Source of the DNA: Zootoca vivipara
Taxonomy: Eukaryota
Assembly: GCF_963506605.1 (NCBI RefSeq)
Contig: NC_083281.1
Span: forward strand, 24,862,001 to 24,926,000
Length of the DNA: 64,000 nucleotides
Direction of reading: 5' to 3'
Made by a program: the position numbers and the translations under genes. This document shows, piece by piece, positions 23,446-35,025 of this stretch (its first letter is position 1; each line of letters begins with the position of its first letter). The notes under the pieces are model-generated. The model ran no database searches. It worked only from the letters and a program-made list of their open reading frames with translations, and was not told where the DNA came from.

Positions 23446-25089
23446 CCTAGAAGAAAAAAGAAGAGCTCAGAAAGGCTTTGTCCATCTTGGGTAGGTTGGC
23501 TGCAGGCTGACTGGAAGATATGCCCTGGGGCTGCACTACTGTGGGGCATAAATCCCTCTTGAAAAGAGCATGCTGTAAGATCTGGACTCCCTCCATGCAG
23601 ACTAAAATAGCATAAATAGGTGAATAAACCATATTTTTTTAAGTCTCTGCTGTGTCTCAATTCTCTAAAGGACCACAGACCCTGGGTGCATGCCAGGAAC
23701 CCCATGGGCTCTTGCCACTGCTCAGCAGACAGAGAGGGGGAGGTTTTCAAACTCTGCTTCAGAAGCATGCCATTTGCACCGCTCAGACTGCTTTTGTCCC
23801 ACTGCCTATTTTAATGAGGCTCACAATGTACCTTTCCACTGATCAGCCATGTTGGAGGGGGAGAAGGGGAGGTTCTAGGTAGTTTGCCTAGTTTCATGGG
23901 CAATCGGGAACAGGGATGGGGGGCTTCAGATAACTGTTAGCTTTTGCTGTCCAGCCTCCTTTTAAGCACTCTCAGATGCTCCCCAGTCAACTCATCAGCA
24001 CAGAAGGGATTTGCAGGCAAAGGAGAATTTGAAACTCCCCAGCCCATGATTCTGATAATAATCTCTCTCCCTACAATGATGCTATTAACCTTAGGGGAAA
24101 GCTTCAGAGCAGCAGGAGATCATACATCATTGGGATCACAAGGCTGCCAGCTGAGCAAGGGGAAAGGAAAGCAGGCTGGGAGAGAAAGACTTTGAAGGAG
24201 TTCTGTTAAGACTTACTTGCTCCCTAAGATCCTTGAGAATCAGTTGTTTGATGATAGGGTAGTTTATCTTCTCACTTCAGCTGGTCACACTCTCTCCTGT
24301 CCTCTCCGGACTTTATGGCAGAGGACTTAGTTCAGAGTTTTACTGAAAAACAAAGCAATTGTCCCAAGTCCCATGGCAACCACAGTGAAAAACATCTAGA
24401 TGGGCAGACCTCAAAAGGAAAAGGCTGTTGAACCTACTTTGTCTTTCTCAGTTAGACTGAGATGCATTCCCATAACAGGAAGCACAGGGTATGTCCACTC
24501 AGTGATGTAACGTGGGGAGGGTCAGGGGGTTGGTTGTATGGGGCACAAAATTTTGAGGGGGCACAATTTGGGCACCAAAATATATACTGTATGACAGAGT
24601 TGAATCCAGGGAAAATGGAAGCCCTGCTAGTCCCACTGGGTGTTTGCAAATATTTTTAGTAAATGCGGAATAGGGACAGAGAAAGATGCAGGGATAGTCA
24701 TGTGGTGTGAGAGCTTCCCAAGAGCTTCTCTCTCCAACGTTTCAACCCAATGGAAAGGAAAAGAGGCAGGCACCAAGAGGAGGAGGAGAAGGGCCGCTTC
24801 CTAGTAGCTAAAGAGGGATATGTCAAATTAACACGCAGCATCGTTTCAGAGGGAGACCCTGGTTGGTTTCAGAGCAGTTACTTAAAGTTCTTATAGTATG
24901 GTAGCACTAGCTCAATAGTGAGGGCATGTTATTTATTCCCTTTGTAGCAGGGAAGGGCACCCTTCTCCAACATTAATAACAGTAATAATAAACAATTCTG
25001 GCTGCTCCACCCCACCCGCCTAGCAAGGAGTCAATCAAGCTCAAAAAGAAACGGAAATCATCATAACCCCAAGAGAAAAGTTCAGCTCC

Positions 25090-25295
25090 TAACCTGCTGC
25101 CAGCCCGATTTTTTACAGTAAACCTCAGTCCACTCCTCGGAGGTTTCGCTAATTCGCTTCCAGGTCTCTTTAACACTTTTCTCCTCCCAACTCTCTTCCT
25201 TTCTCTCTTTTATTCCCTCTACCTCCTGCTCGTCGCACTACAAAAAGCAAAAACGAAAGCAAAGTTGCGAGCAAAAATAATGTAAGATTGCAGGA
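25090..25295 (-). promoter_or_regulatory. Candidate promoter and first exon of the 416-aa IRG
   Basis: Diverged inverted homolog of 4385-4603; AAAACGAAAGC IRF-like site; CAG|GTTAG donor at 25093. Confidence 0.5.
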
Positions 25296-25449
25296 GAGTT
25301 TGAAACTTTCCCTCCCCCTCCCATGAGACTGGTAAACCCCTATTTCCCGATTGCAGCAAATAGCAAACGCAGCATTCCTCACTAAGGGGAGCACGGAGCA
25401 GCTTCTTAATAGATACTTATACATTTCTTTAAAACATTGTACAGAAATG

Positions 25450-27140
25450 TTTAAAATACTCACCAAAGGTTCATGTGCAAAAGCTTAGCAAGACTACCGA
25501 AGCTCACAATTCTCAAAGAATGATGAAAATGCAACAGTTACTTACAAGGTTAAATACAAGGTTCAATCAGTAAATCATTTCAAATCAACCACTCCTTGCA
25601 AGAAGTACAACACCAGCAACTCTTAAAGATATACAACTGTTAATAATCTCATGAATAGGATAAAAGCGTTCCCCACCAAATCCTTGAAATTCCTCGTTTA
25701 TAGAAAGGCACTGAATTCTGCTTGGAGATTTAACCCCACGGGTGCTAATGATCCGAATCTACTGTATGTATCCAGTATGCCTCTTTTTGGTGTAGTTTCC
25801 TTTTCAAAACCTCAGCATTTATTCCAGAGTGTTTGTGCTTATAAATAATAAACCATTTAAAGTCCGTAGCTCTATGGTTTTGCTCAATAAAATGGGACGT
25901 AAGTGGCGCCTCCAAAACTCTATTAAGGATTCAATTTTTATGCTCCAAGATTCTCGCCTTCACCGGTCTAATAGTACTCCCTATGTACCATAATTTACAA
26001 TTGCATTGTAGTGCATACACAACTCCTCGAGAGTTACAATTAGTAAAAGACTCCAACCAGACAGGTTTGCAAGAACCAGGTATTGTGAATTCCTTAATTT
26101 CTTGCGTTAATTCACAGGCGGCACACCTTCCACATTTAAAGTGGCCCCGTATACTGCTCTGGGTCTGGCGCGCATCGGAAATGGCCGTGTGTACCAACAT
26201 ATCTTTAAGATTCCTCGTTCTACGATAGCCTATCTGTGGAATTCTGGCACATCCCGGTAAATCTTTTACCAAATGCCAATGTTTTTTAATGATTCTACTG
26301 ATGGAATAAGCCAAAGGAGTGAAATCAAGTGCATATGTAATCGGCTGGCTTTCCTGTCTTGTATGTTCCTCAAACAGACTGTTTCTAGGTTTATAGAATG
26401 CTCTAGATTGTGCCGATTTGACTATTTTCTGTGGATATCCCCTGGATAGAAAATCTTGTGCCATCTTATTGCTATCTCTGTGGTAGTCATGTGAGAAAGT
26501 AGAGTTTCGTTTAATTCTTAGAAATTGGCCATATGGTAAGTTCTGTTTCAAACTCATCAGGTGATATGACTTATAATGTAAATATGAAGGTTTATCCGTG
26601 GGTTTTTAAAAGGATCTTACAGCTAACTTGTTCACACTATCCCTGAATACGATAGTATCAAGGAAAGTTATTTGTTCTGTGTGAAAATGTGTAGTATATT
26701 TAATGCTAGAGTGTATCGTGTTGCACTACAAAAAAAATCCGGTTATGCTTTCCGGTGATTCAAATATTAAAAACAAATCATCAACGAAGTGTTTGTAAAA
26801 TAGTATTTTTTTCATAAAAAGGGTTGGCCATTGAATTCATCAGATACTCTTCCTCTATCTTTCCCATAAAAAGATTAGCTATGCTAGGGGCACATGCACT
26901 CCCCATAGCCACTCCCTTAGTTTGCAAGAAGAATTCACTATCATTTTTGAAAAAAATATGTTCAAAAATGATGTCAACCAGTTCCATGAGAAAAAACGTA
27001 GGTGGTTGTTGGATTTCTCTAGAGACGAATATGTTTTCCACAATGCTTCGAGCCTCCTCTAAAGGTATATTGGTGTATAGTGATGTTACATCCATGGTAA
27101 CCAAGATTGTATCCTTCCATGACTGTGGTACCAAAAATGA
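25450..27140 (-). mobile_element. Degenerate Penelope-like element (RT plus CxxC linker plus GIY-YIG endonuclease; Neptune-like)
   Basis: VTMDVTSLYTNIP and QTKGVAMGSACAPSIANLFM (26781-27134); LPYGQFLRIKRN, FKCGRCAAC and VVYALQCNCKLWYIGST (25931-26557); frameshifted. Ends approximate. Confidence 0.88.
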
Positions 27141-27306
27141 AACTTCCCTTCTCCATGCACTTTAGTCCTGCTGCAAAATCTCCTCCCCATATCAATTAAA
27201 TCACCTCCCCATTGTTGCATTGATGGGGAAGGGTTCTAAAGCTGTGGGAGTTTGGGGCGTCTTCAAGGAAATACTGTAGTTTATTTTTATGAAAAGTTCT
27301 GACTTG

Positions 27307-27996
27307 TGTGGAGAGGGTAACAACGTTTAGATTTCTAGCCATTGAGTTACAGGAGGATCTGCCCTGGAGTGTTAATACAAGGGGGCTTGTGAAGAAGGCG
27401 CAGCAGAGACTGTATTTTTTGAGAATTTTAAGGAAAAACCATCTTCCACAAAAGCTGCTTGCCTTCTATCACTGTGCCATACAGAGCGTGCTCACGTATG
27501 GTTTATGTGTCTGGTGTGGAAGCTGTGCTTCTCAGGACAGAGCAGGGCTGTGTAGAATTATTAAAACAGCAGAGAGCATCATTGGCTGCTCACTCTCCAC
27601 CTTAGAACAAATCTACACCACCAGGTGTAGCACTAGACATATCAAGAAAAGCACTAGACATATCAAGAGATCCAACGCACTCTGGTCACCATTTCTTTGA
27701 GCTCCTGCCATCGGGACGGAGATATACGGTAGAACAATGCAGGCAAGAACGAGCCATCTCAGGACCAGTTTCTTCTCTAGAGCGATTTTGACATTAAATG
27801 GAAAGCCTGGACTTTGAAGTCATCTTATTTTACTTGTTATTTTGTATTATATTTACTGTTTTTAATTAGGTTTTGTAATTTTGGATTATGTGGAAAGCTT
27901 TATCTGAGTGGACGTAGCAACCAAGTAATTTCGTTGTTCCCGCAAGGGGACAATGACAATAAAGATATCTTATCATATCTTATCTTATCTTATCTT
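27307..27996 (+). mobile_element. Rex1/Babar LINE 3' fragment
   Basis: VERVTTFRFL...KKAQQRLYFLRIL...FYHCAIQSVLTY, followed by AATAAAG and a (TATCT)n tail. Confidence 0.82.
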
Positions 27997-29844
27997 AGAT
28001 GGCAGACTAATGGGGGCTCATTGCCTCATTGCCTCATTGTCATTATCTGCTTGCCACGCGTACAAGCAGTGGTGTAATTGTGTAAGGTCAGAGATGATGG
28101 GATGGTCTCATACTGATAGATGGTTTTAGATAAGGCCTTTTAAAATGCCAGGTGAGGAGTGTGGGGATGTTCAGGAATGTGGATGAGGAAATATTATTAA
28201 ATATATCCTCTCCCAGCTTGTGTTAACAAGCTCCAAACTCAGTGGCGTAGCGTGGGGGGGCTGGGGGCGCTGCCCCGGGCGCAACATCTGGGTGGGCGCG
28301 CTCCCACTCGCAGCTCTCTGCCCCTGCCTGGCTGAAGGGGAACGAGCGGGCGCGGAGAAAACCGGGAGAGGGAGCCGGGGAGAGAAGCGCGAGGTGCCAC
28401 GGCTCCAGCGGAGCGCACACCAGAGAGGGAGGGAGGGAGGCTGATCATTGCGCGCCCGGCTCGATCGCCTCCTCTTCCTCCTGCCTCTGAGCCTCATCAG
28501 GGAGGCTCCGCCGGCCGGAATGGCTCTGCTGCTGCGCCCTACGACCCTCGAGCGGCGCCGTCAGCAAACCGCCCCAGGATCCCTCTGCCACTGGGAGCGG
28601 AAAATCCCACCGTCCCTGCTGCGTATGTGTATGTGTGTACTGTATATAGAGGTCGCCCCAGCACATGGCGTTTCATATCTTTCTGACCATGCTGCTTGCT
28701 GTCTTTCTATCTCAGCAGGAATATCTGTCCCCTAAGGCTCATAACTACCTCCCATAACATTTATATTAACCCCCACCTCTAACCCATGAAGCTTTTATCA
28801 ACTTAAACTCTTAGTTTTCATCTCTTCCTGAGTTTTGTTGATGTGACGTTGAGACTAAAAATTAACTCTGAAACTCATTCTGTATTAGCGTCAACTGGAT
28901 TCTTAATTGTGGATTATGAATGCACCTTGGCTGGAGTGGTTTAAGGAAGATTGAGTTTGTTTTCAAAGTATGTATAGAATACATACAGGCTAGAGAAGCT
29001 GAAACATTGATAAGGACTGGATATGCCCGTGTCTTTTTGAAAGGAGAAACTATTTATACAAAGATCGCTGCGAAGGTCTCAGCATCTCAGAGCCCCCACA
29101 CCACCTTCTTAAAGTTGGAAGCTGGGTGTGCTTATAAAAATGCTTGGAGAGATAAACTGAAACTTTAAAGTTTGGAATAGGTCAGAGAGGTTGAAATATC
29201 AAAAGGACTGCATATGTCTATATTTTGCTGAAAAGAGAAATTATAAGAATCTTCAATTGTTTGCAACTCCTCATAGACATTTCAAGAGAATTGGATGAGT
29301 GAGAACTAACTACTTCCCTGGGAAAATAAGTCAGTACTTACACTTTCTGGACATTCTGTTGTTGTGTGTGTTCTTTTTAATGTAAATATTTGTGTATTTT
29401 GAATGTTAATTGGAAATTTGGATTTTATTTTAAATTGTATACGTGTAATGGGTAACCGGGCTGGAGGGAAAGTACAAAAAGTGGTGTTTCCTGGGAAAGT
29501 GGCCTTGACAAAGTGATAAGGTACTGTTGTAAAACTGACTGTTTTGAGAACCATGGAAGGCAGAGTGAATTGCATTAATTTCACTCAGTCCTGAGTATTC
29601 TGAGTAGTTTAAAACATCACAAGAGGCAAGGTTTGCTTGGAATTGGTGGGACTTTTCTCTGTGTGGAAAGAAGAATTGATTAAAGAGATTAAGGAAATTT
29701 GGGATAATTTAGCAGACAAGATTTGAGCCCAAATGGATGAAAATATTGAAATCGTGTCAGAATCGACTACTAAGATAGCAAGGAAGGGAGGGAAAATTAG
29801 GAAAAATGGATGAGACTAATATGAAAAAAAATTCAGGAGACATG

Positions 29845-30098
29845 GATGGTAGGGGTGGAAACCACAGGATTCAAGTTACAAGAAAGGCAACTCCGAATAA
29901 ATGTCAGGAAGAACTTTCTGGCATTTAATAGCACTTTGACAGTGGAATGGTCTCCCTCAGGAGGTGGTGGACTCCTTCCTTGGAGGCTTTTAAGCAGAGG
30001 TTGGAGGGCCATCTGTCTTAGATGTTTGAGTTGAAATTCCTGCATTGCAGGGGGTTGGACTGGATGACCCTTGGGTGTAGCTTCCAACTCTACAATTT
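29845..30098 (+). mobile_element. CR1 LINE 3' end (other remnants at ~3415-3635, 4130-4190, 6568-6635, 33376-33430)
   Basis: GFKLQERQLRINVRKNF; terminal GGGGTTGGACTGGATGACC...TTCCAACTCTACAATT. Confidence 0.8.
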
Positions 30099-30449
30099 TT
30101 GGCCATTTCCTACAGATCCTTAGGTAGGAAGCTGCCTGTTACTGAGTCCATCCAGCCCAGTAGTCTCTACACTGACCGGCAGCATTGTCTCTCTAGGTTC
30201 TCTCTCAGCCCTACCCAGACATGTTGGTGGGTGTCATGGACTGGCTGGACTCAGAGGACTGGTGGGAGGCACCAGCTGAGGAACCCCCAAGGGAAGAAGG
30301 CTCAGAGCCCAGGGAAGGGTAGCGGATGATGAATGGTCAGAGGGAGAAGAGGGAGCAGACGGGGAGGAGGAAATGTTGGAAGCTGGAGAGGTAACAGGCT
30401 TTTCATTCTTCCAATAATACACCTGTGCTTGAAATATGATTCTCGCCTT

Positions 30450-30972
30450 CAGAATGGATAGGTTTGATCTTCTTGCAGTCCATGGGACTCTCAAGAGTCT
30501 CCTCCAGCACCATAATTCAAAAGCATCAATTCTTTAAGGTCCACCTCTCACTTCCATACATCACTACTGGGAAAACCATAGCTTTAACTATACGGACCTT
30601 TGTCAGCAAGGTGATGTCTCTGCTTTTTAAGATGCTGTCTAGGTTTGTCATTGCTTTTCTCCCAAGAAGCAGGCATCTTTTAATTTCGTGATTGCTGTCA
30701 CCATCTGCAGTGATCATGGAACCCAAGAAAATAAAATCTCACTGCATCCATTTCTTCCCCTTCTATTTTTCAGGAGGTGATGTGGCCAGTGGCCATGATC
30801 TTAGGTGGGTTTTTTTTTAATGAGCTTCAGACCATATTTTGCACTCTCCTCTTTCACCCTCATTAAAAGGTTCTTTAATTCCTCCTCACTTTCTGCTATC
30901 AAAGTTGTGTCATCAGCATATCTGAGGTTGTTGATATTTCTTCCAGCAATCTTAATTCCGGCTTGGGATTCA
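30450..30972 (-). mobile_element. BovB RT internal fragment
   Basis: Reverse-strand match to the BovB unit (INNLRYADD, ITADGDS, KAMVFPVVMYGSE). Confidence 0.9.
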
Positions 30973-32444
30973 AACCTAGCTACCTCCAAATGTCTTGGAC
31001 TAACGGCTCCCATTAGTCCCAGCAAGCTACAAATGTTACTGCAGCACAGTTGGACATTAGGGAATGCTGCTCTGGGCTTCTATGTCAACCACACTTAAAA
31101 GCCTCATAGTCACCTCATTCATGCATGCCAAAGCAAGGAAGATCCATCAACTACTCTGGTGTTCCTACTCTGAAATGTTCTGGCACTGCACTCTCATGCA
31201 TTGACCGACCCACTTCAATATTACTATAAGTTCCTGTAAAATATTGAATGTTTGCATATGTTTCCATTTTTCTAGGAATTTTATAAAGATGAGGAATAAT
31301 CATTTTATAGTTTTTTATCTTGTGGTTAATTTGCAATTGTCTGTAAACATGAAGGGTTAGGGGGCGCAAATTACTTGCCTTGCCCTGGGTGCTGACAACC
31401 CACGCTACGCCACTGTTGAACTCTATAAATGAATTGATTCATTTGGACTTCCATTTATATTGTTGTACTTTATGTGTTGATTATGTGCAAGCGAAATATT
31501 TGATATTGATACTGTGATAAAAAATACAGAAAAGAATTGTTTATGTGAATGTACAGCCAGTTACCTTTTGTGTGTTTGCTGAGCTGAATGTGTTTTACGT
31601 AATGCTAGGTTTGATGTTGTTTTGCAATCTGTCATGACCCAGCACAGTCCAATAAATTATTTACAAGGAGGAGAAACTAGGGCGACCTCATTTAGGTTTT
31701 GTTTTCTCAGAAATCACCTGTTTGAGCAGAGCTGTGTGCTGGTCAAGCGTGGGGGAGAGGAAAACTTGGAAACAGGGTGTAATTTCTGCTCCAAGATCAC
31801 CAAAAGCCGCAACTACATTTGCCTTTCCAAGATTAAGCAGGATAAATACAGTAAATAATCAGCAGCAGAGCATTATAAATGCTCTATTGCTGAGCAGTTC
31901 GTGATTGCACCGGTTTATTATTTTTGGATCATATCTCAGAGTCCGAAAGACCCATAAATGATAGGGGCATTCTGCCATAGGGAACTTTATTAATACCAGC
32001 CATTTCTGAACTCTTACCTCTGAACTCTTTGATACAGTGTATCAAAAGATTTTAAATTAAAATTGCCACTGCTGGCACTCAGAGCATGGGACAAGAAATT
32101 CCTGCTGTAGACGCTTCTCAGATGACTTTGCAGATGCTTCCTGCCTGCCCGGTCTGCACTGAGAGGGAGTCGGAGGATGGGGGTGGCGAAGAGTTCCAGC
32201 TCCCAAGGCTGCAGGAAGCTGGAGGACAAGCTGGAAGGCGAGTCTCTCTGCGTGAGGCTAGAAACACTTGAAGGTAGCAGTGCTGTGCCCCCCTGCATGA
32301 TGTCCGCCTAAGGCTGAGGGTGTCAGATAAGACACAGGCTTTGCTGTCAGTCACTCTGAGGAGAGTTTGGTGTCCTTCATGCCTGCCTGGCTTGCAAAGC
32401 CAGCTTGTCATGCAGGCTCTATATAGCTGCTCTGCACCCTGCAG

Positions 32445-32712
32445 AATGTTAGAATGTTTCTTCCTCATGTTCAATCTTGTACAATTTGAGGGCCTACCCT
32501 CCGGAGCAGAAGAAAACAAGCTTATTCCCTCTTCTGTGTGACAACCCTTGAGATATTGGAAGATGGCTATCGTATCTCCTCTAAATCTCCTCTTTTCCAG
32601 GTTAAGCATATCCAGCTCCTTCAATCGTTCCTCATAAGGCTTGGTTTCCAGACCTTTGATCAACTTCCTCGCCCTCCTCTGTACACTTTCCAGCTTATCA
32701 ATATCCTTCTTC
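32445..32712 (-). mobile_element. CR1 LINE 3' fragment
   Basis: Minus-strand translation [33 protein letters not shown]...[13 protein letters not shown]. Confidence 0.85.
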
Positions 32713-33649
32713 TGAAGGATATGAGGAGCACTGTGTGCATCATGTTTTCTCCCCACCCAAGTGAATGTCTTGCACACCTTCCCAGCTGGGAGCAACTTTC
32801 CAGAGCAGATTTTAGAGGAGATGTGGGGGAGATGAGTAGAAAAGAGGTCAGGGAATTCTGCCCCTTTAATATTTGGGTAGAAGGGGGAATGTCAGCAAGT
32901 ACCGGTATTTCCTTCAGGGTAAGGCAAAATCTCCTGAGAAGTGGGCAAATTTATTATTTTCAGTTTCTCTCAATTTCTCATTTTTCCAATATTTAAGTTC
33001 AGCTCTTCACATCTCCCCATCTGTTGGCTATTTCCTTTTTTTAAAAGTTCCCATGAAAATTCATCAGGACTATTATTTTCCTCAAAAGGCGGTGTACAAA
33101 ATGCAATGGACACAGCTAAAACGAGATCATGAGCTGCAATCGTCCATGCTATGAAGAAATCATGGTGGAACATTGTGTATTTCGCAGGATTTACCTCCTG
33201 CTTAATTGCAATAAAACCTCAAAGCAGTTGAGACGGGCGATAGAACCCTTCCTGCTTCTTTGCGGGCTCTAAAAGATTTCGTGCCTCCCTGAAATTTCTA
33301 CCGTCCTTTGCAAAGACTCCAATATACACTGCAGTACGTACGTAGTAGGAGAGCTGGACTCTGGGAAGTCACAAGATCATAGAATTGTAGAGTTGGAAAG
33401 GACCTCAAGGGTCATCTAGTTCAACCCCTTGAAATCAGTGCCATGTGGGGCTTAAGTGCGGAAAACTCGGGAGTTACTGAGACTGACACAGAGACAACTA
33501 CCGCAGAGGTAAAGGATTAACCATCTCTGATGCTTCAAGTTTCACGAGTGATCCTTTGGGACCTTCCCAGGAAAGGCAGCATCCCTGCTGTCAATCAGGC
33601 TGCTTGGAGCTCCCTCTAGCGGGGAATGAGGCTCTCGCTCTTCGTTACA

Positions 33650-33860
33650 ATCTTATATCGTCTTCGCGCGTACTTTCACTTTCTTCTTTGCTTTTTGTAG
33701 TGCGACGACCCGGAGGGAGAGGGAATAAAAGCGAGCGAGAGAAAGAGAGTTGTACGAAGTTGGAGGAAGAAAAATGTCAGAGACCAGCAAGCAAAGCCTC
33801 CGAAGAGGGAACTGAGCTTTACTGCATAAAAATCGGACAGGCAGCAGGAAAGGAGGTGAG
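33650..33860 (+). promoter_or_regulatory. Candidate promoter and non-coding first exon of the copy B 385-aa IRG
   Basis: Perfect IRF-E/ISRE ACTTTCACTTTC at 33672-33683, CpG-enriched, ending in the donor GAG|GTGAG. Homologous module at 4385-4603 and inverted at 25090-25295. Confidence 0.55.
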
Positions 33861-34304
33861 CATTTCTCCTGGTGCTCTGCTGATTTCCGCGTTTTCTGCT
33901 TTTTTCTGAGTGTGTTTGAGTTAAAGGAGACTCTGAGCTCATTGCTAGGGAGGGGGCGGCAGAATCGTTTATTTTCACTCTTATGAATAATGATGTTGGA
34001 GAAGGCTGCCCTTCTTCCCCGCTGCAAAGGGAATAAATAACATGAAAGCTCCAGGGAGCAAGCAGAGCTGGTGCTAGCATATAAAAGTTGTAAGTACTGT
34101 AAGTGCTCTGAAATCAACGCGGGTCTCCCTTTCCAGCGGTGACGCGTGTTCATTCGACATCCCTTTCTGCAGCTGCTACGAGGCTGCCGCCCTCCTGCTT
34201 CTCTCGCCTCCTGCCTCTTTCCCTTTTGGGGGTTTGGCAGAGTGGAGGGGGAAGCTCTTTGGAAGCAGGCAGAGCCTTACGGTAGCTAAGTGATCTGTTG
34301 CCCC

Positions 34305-34394
34305 CATAGCTGCCAAGTTTTCCCTTTTCTCGCGAGGAAGCCTATTCAGCATAAGGGAAAATCCCTGTAAAAAAGGGATAACTTGGCAGCTATG
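34305..34394. mobile_element. Small MITE with CATAGCTGCCAAG TIRs
   Basis: Perfect TIRs; near-TSD GTTGCCCC/GTCGCCCC; same TIR family as 54253-54504. Confidence 0.8.
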
Positions 34395-35025
34395 GTCGCC
34401 CCTGGCAGAACCGTCCAGATTGCGCCCCCTAGCCACGGACAAATGAGCTCTTCTTTCCGTCTCTCCTCCACCCCCCACACGCATTCAATTCCTCACACAC
34501 GTCACCTTGTAATGAATTCTTTCACAGAAAATCCAGTATTTAATTTATTTTTTCTTAATAAAAGGTTTCAGCAGAGAAAATGACATTTTGATGTGAGTTG
34601 ACAGGTGTGGGTTTTTTTAAAAAATGTACCGGAAATTCAGTTGTTAAACAATACACAGATTGTTTTAAATGGAACATACAAACAATATCATACAGATTTT
34701 TTCCACAATGATAACTTTCTGGTCTCAGAGCCGGAGATGTTGGAGATGTATTCATTCTCTCTCTCTGTCACACACCCACACACCCACACAGCCCATCGCC
34801 CACCTCCCTTGCCCCGCCCCACAGGCGATCCCAGATCTCTCCACTGGTGCACACAGCCTTCACTTCCAGGCTGCTCTTCGTCCGCGTACCCAACACACAC
34901 CTCCAGAGAGAGAGAAACTTCATTCATTAGCCCCTCCTGCTCATTTCCCGGCTCTTCCCTCACCTTAGATGCCAGGATCAGAAGGAAAAGAGCTCCCATC
35001 CCATTCTCTCCATCCCTCCCTGAAA

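Larger units (their letters stand above)
2730..24480 (+). repeat. Segmental duplication, copy A
   Basis: Collinear high-identity matches to 31700-50700 (e.g. 4200-5370 vs 33440-34750; 10330-13880 vs 38960-42190; 20530-23480 vs 43185-47390; 23880-24480 vs 49680-50700). Boundaries approximate. Confidence 0.9.
28240..31415. mobile_element. 3.2-kb segment bounded by perfect 17-bp hAT-like TIRs, containing CR1, BovB and LTR-like fragments
   Basis: CAGTGGCGTAGCGTGGG ... CCCACGCTACGCCACTG; the flanks do not form a TSD. Confidence 0.65.

Noticed and set aside
26543-26562. Minus-strand CTGATGA-GTTT-GAAA resembling a hammerhead ribozyme core in the Penelope element
   Set aside because: No room for stem II, no supporting flanking stems, and it lies inside coding sequence (HLMSLKQ).
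32118-32795. 225-aa minus-strand ORF
   Set aside because: CR1 RT C-terminal fragment read through into unrelated flanks; not a gene.
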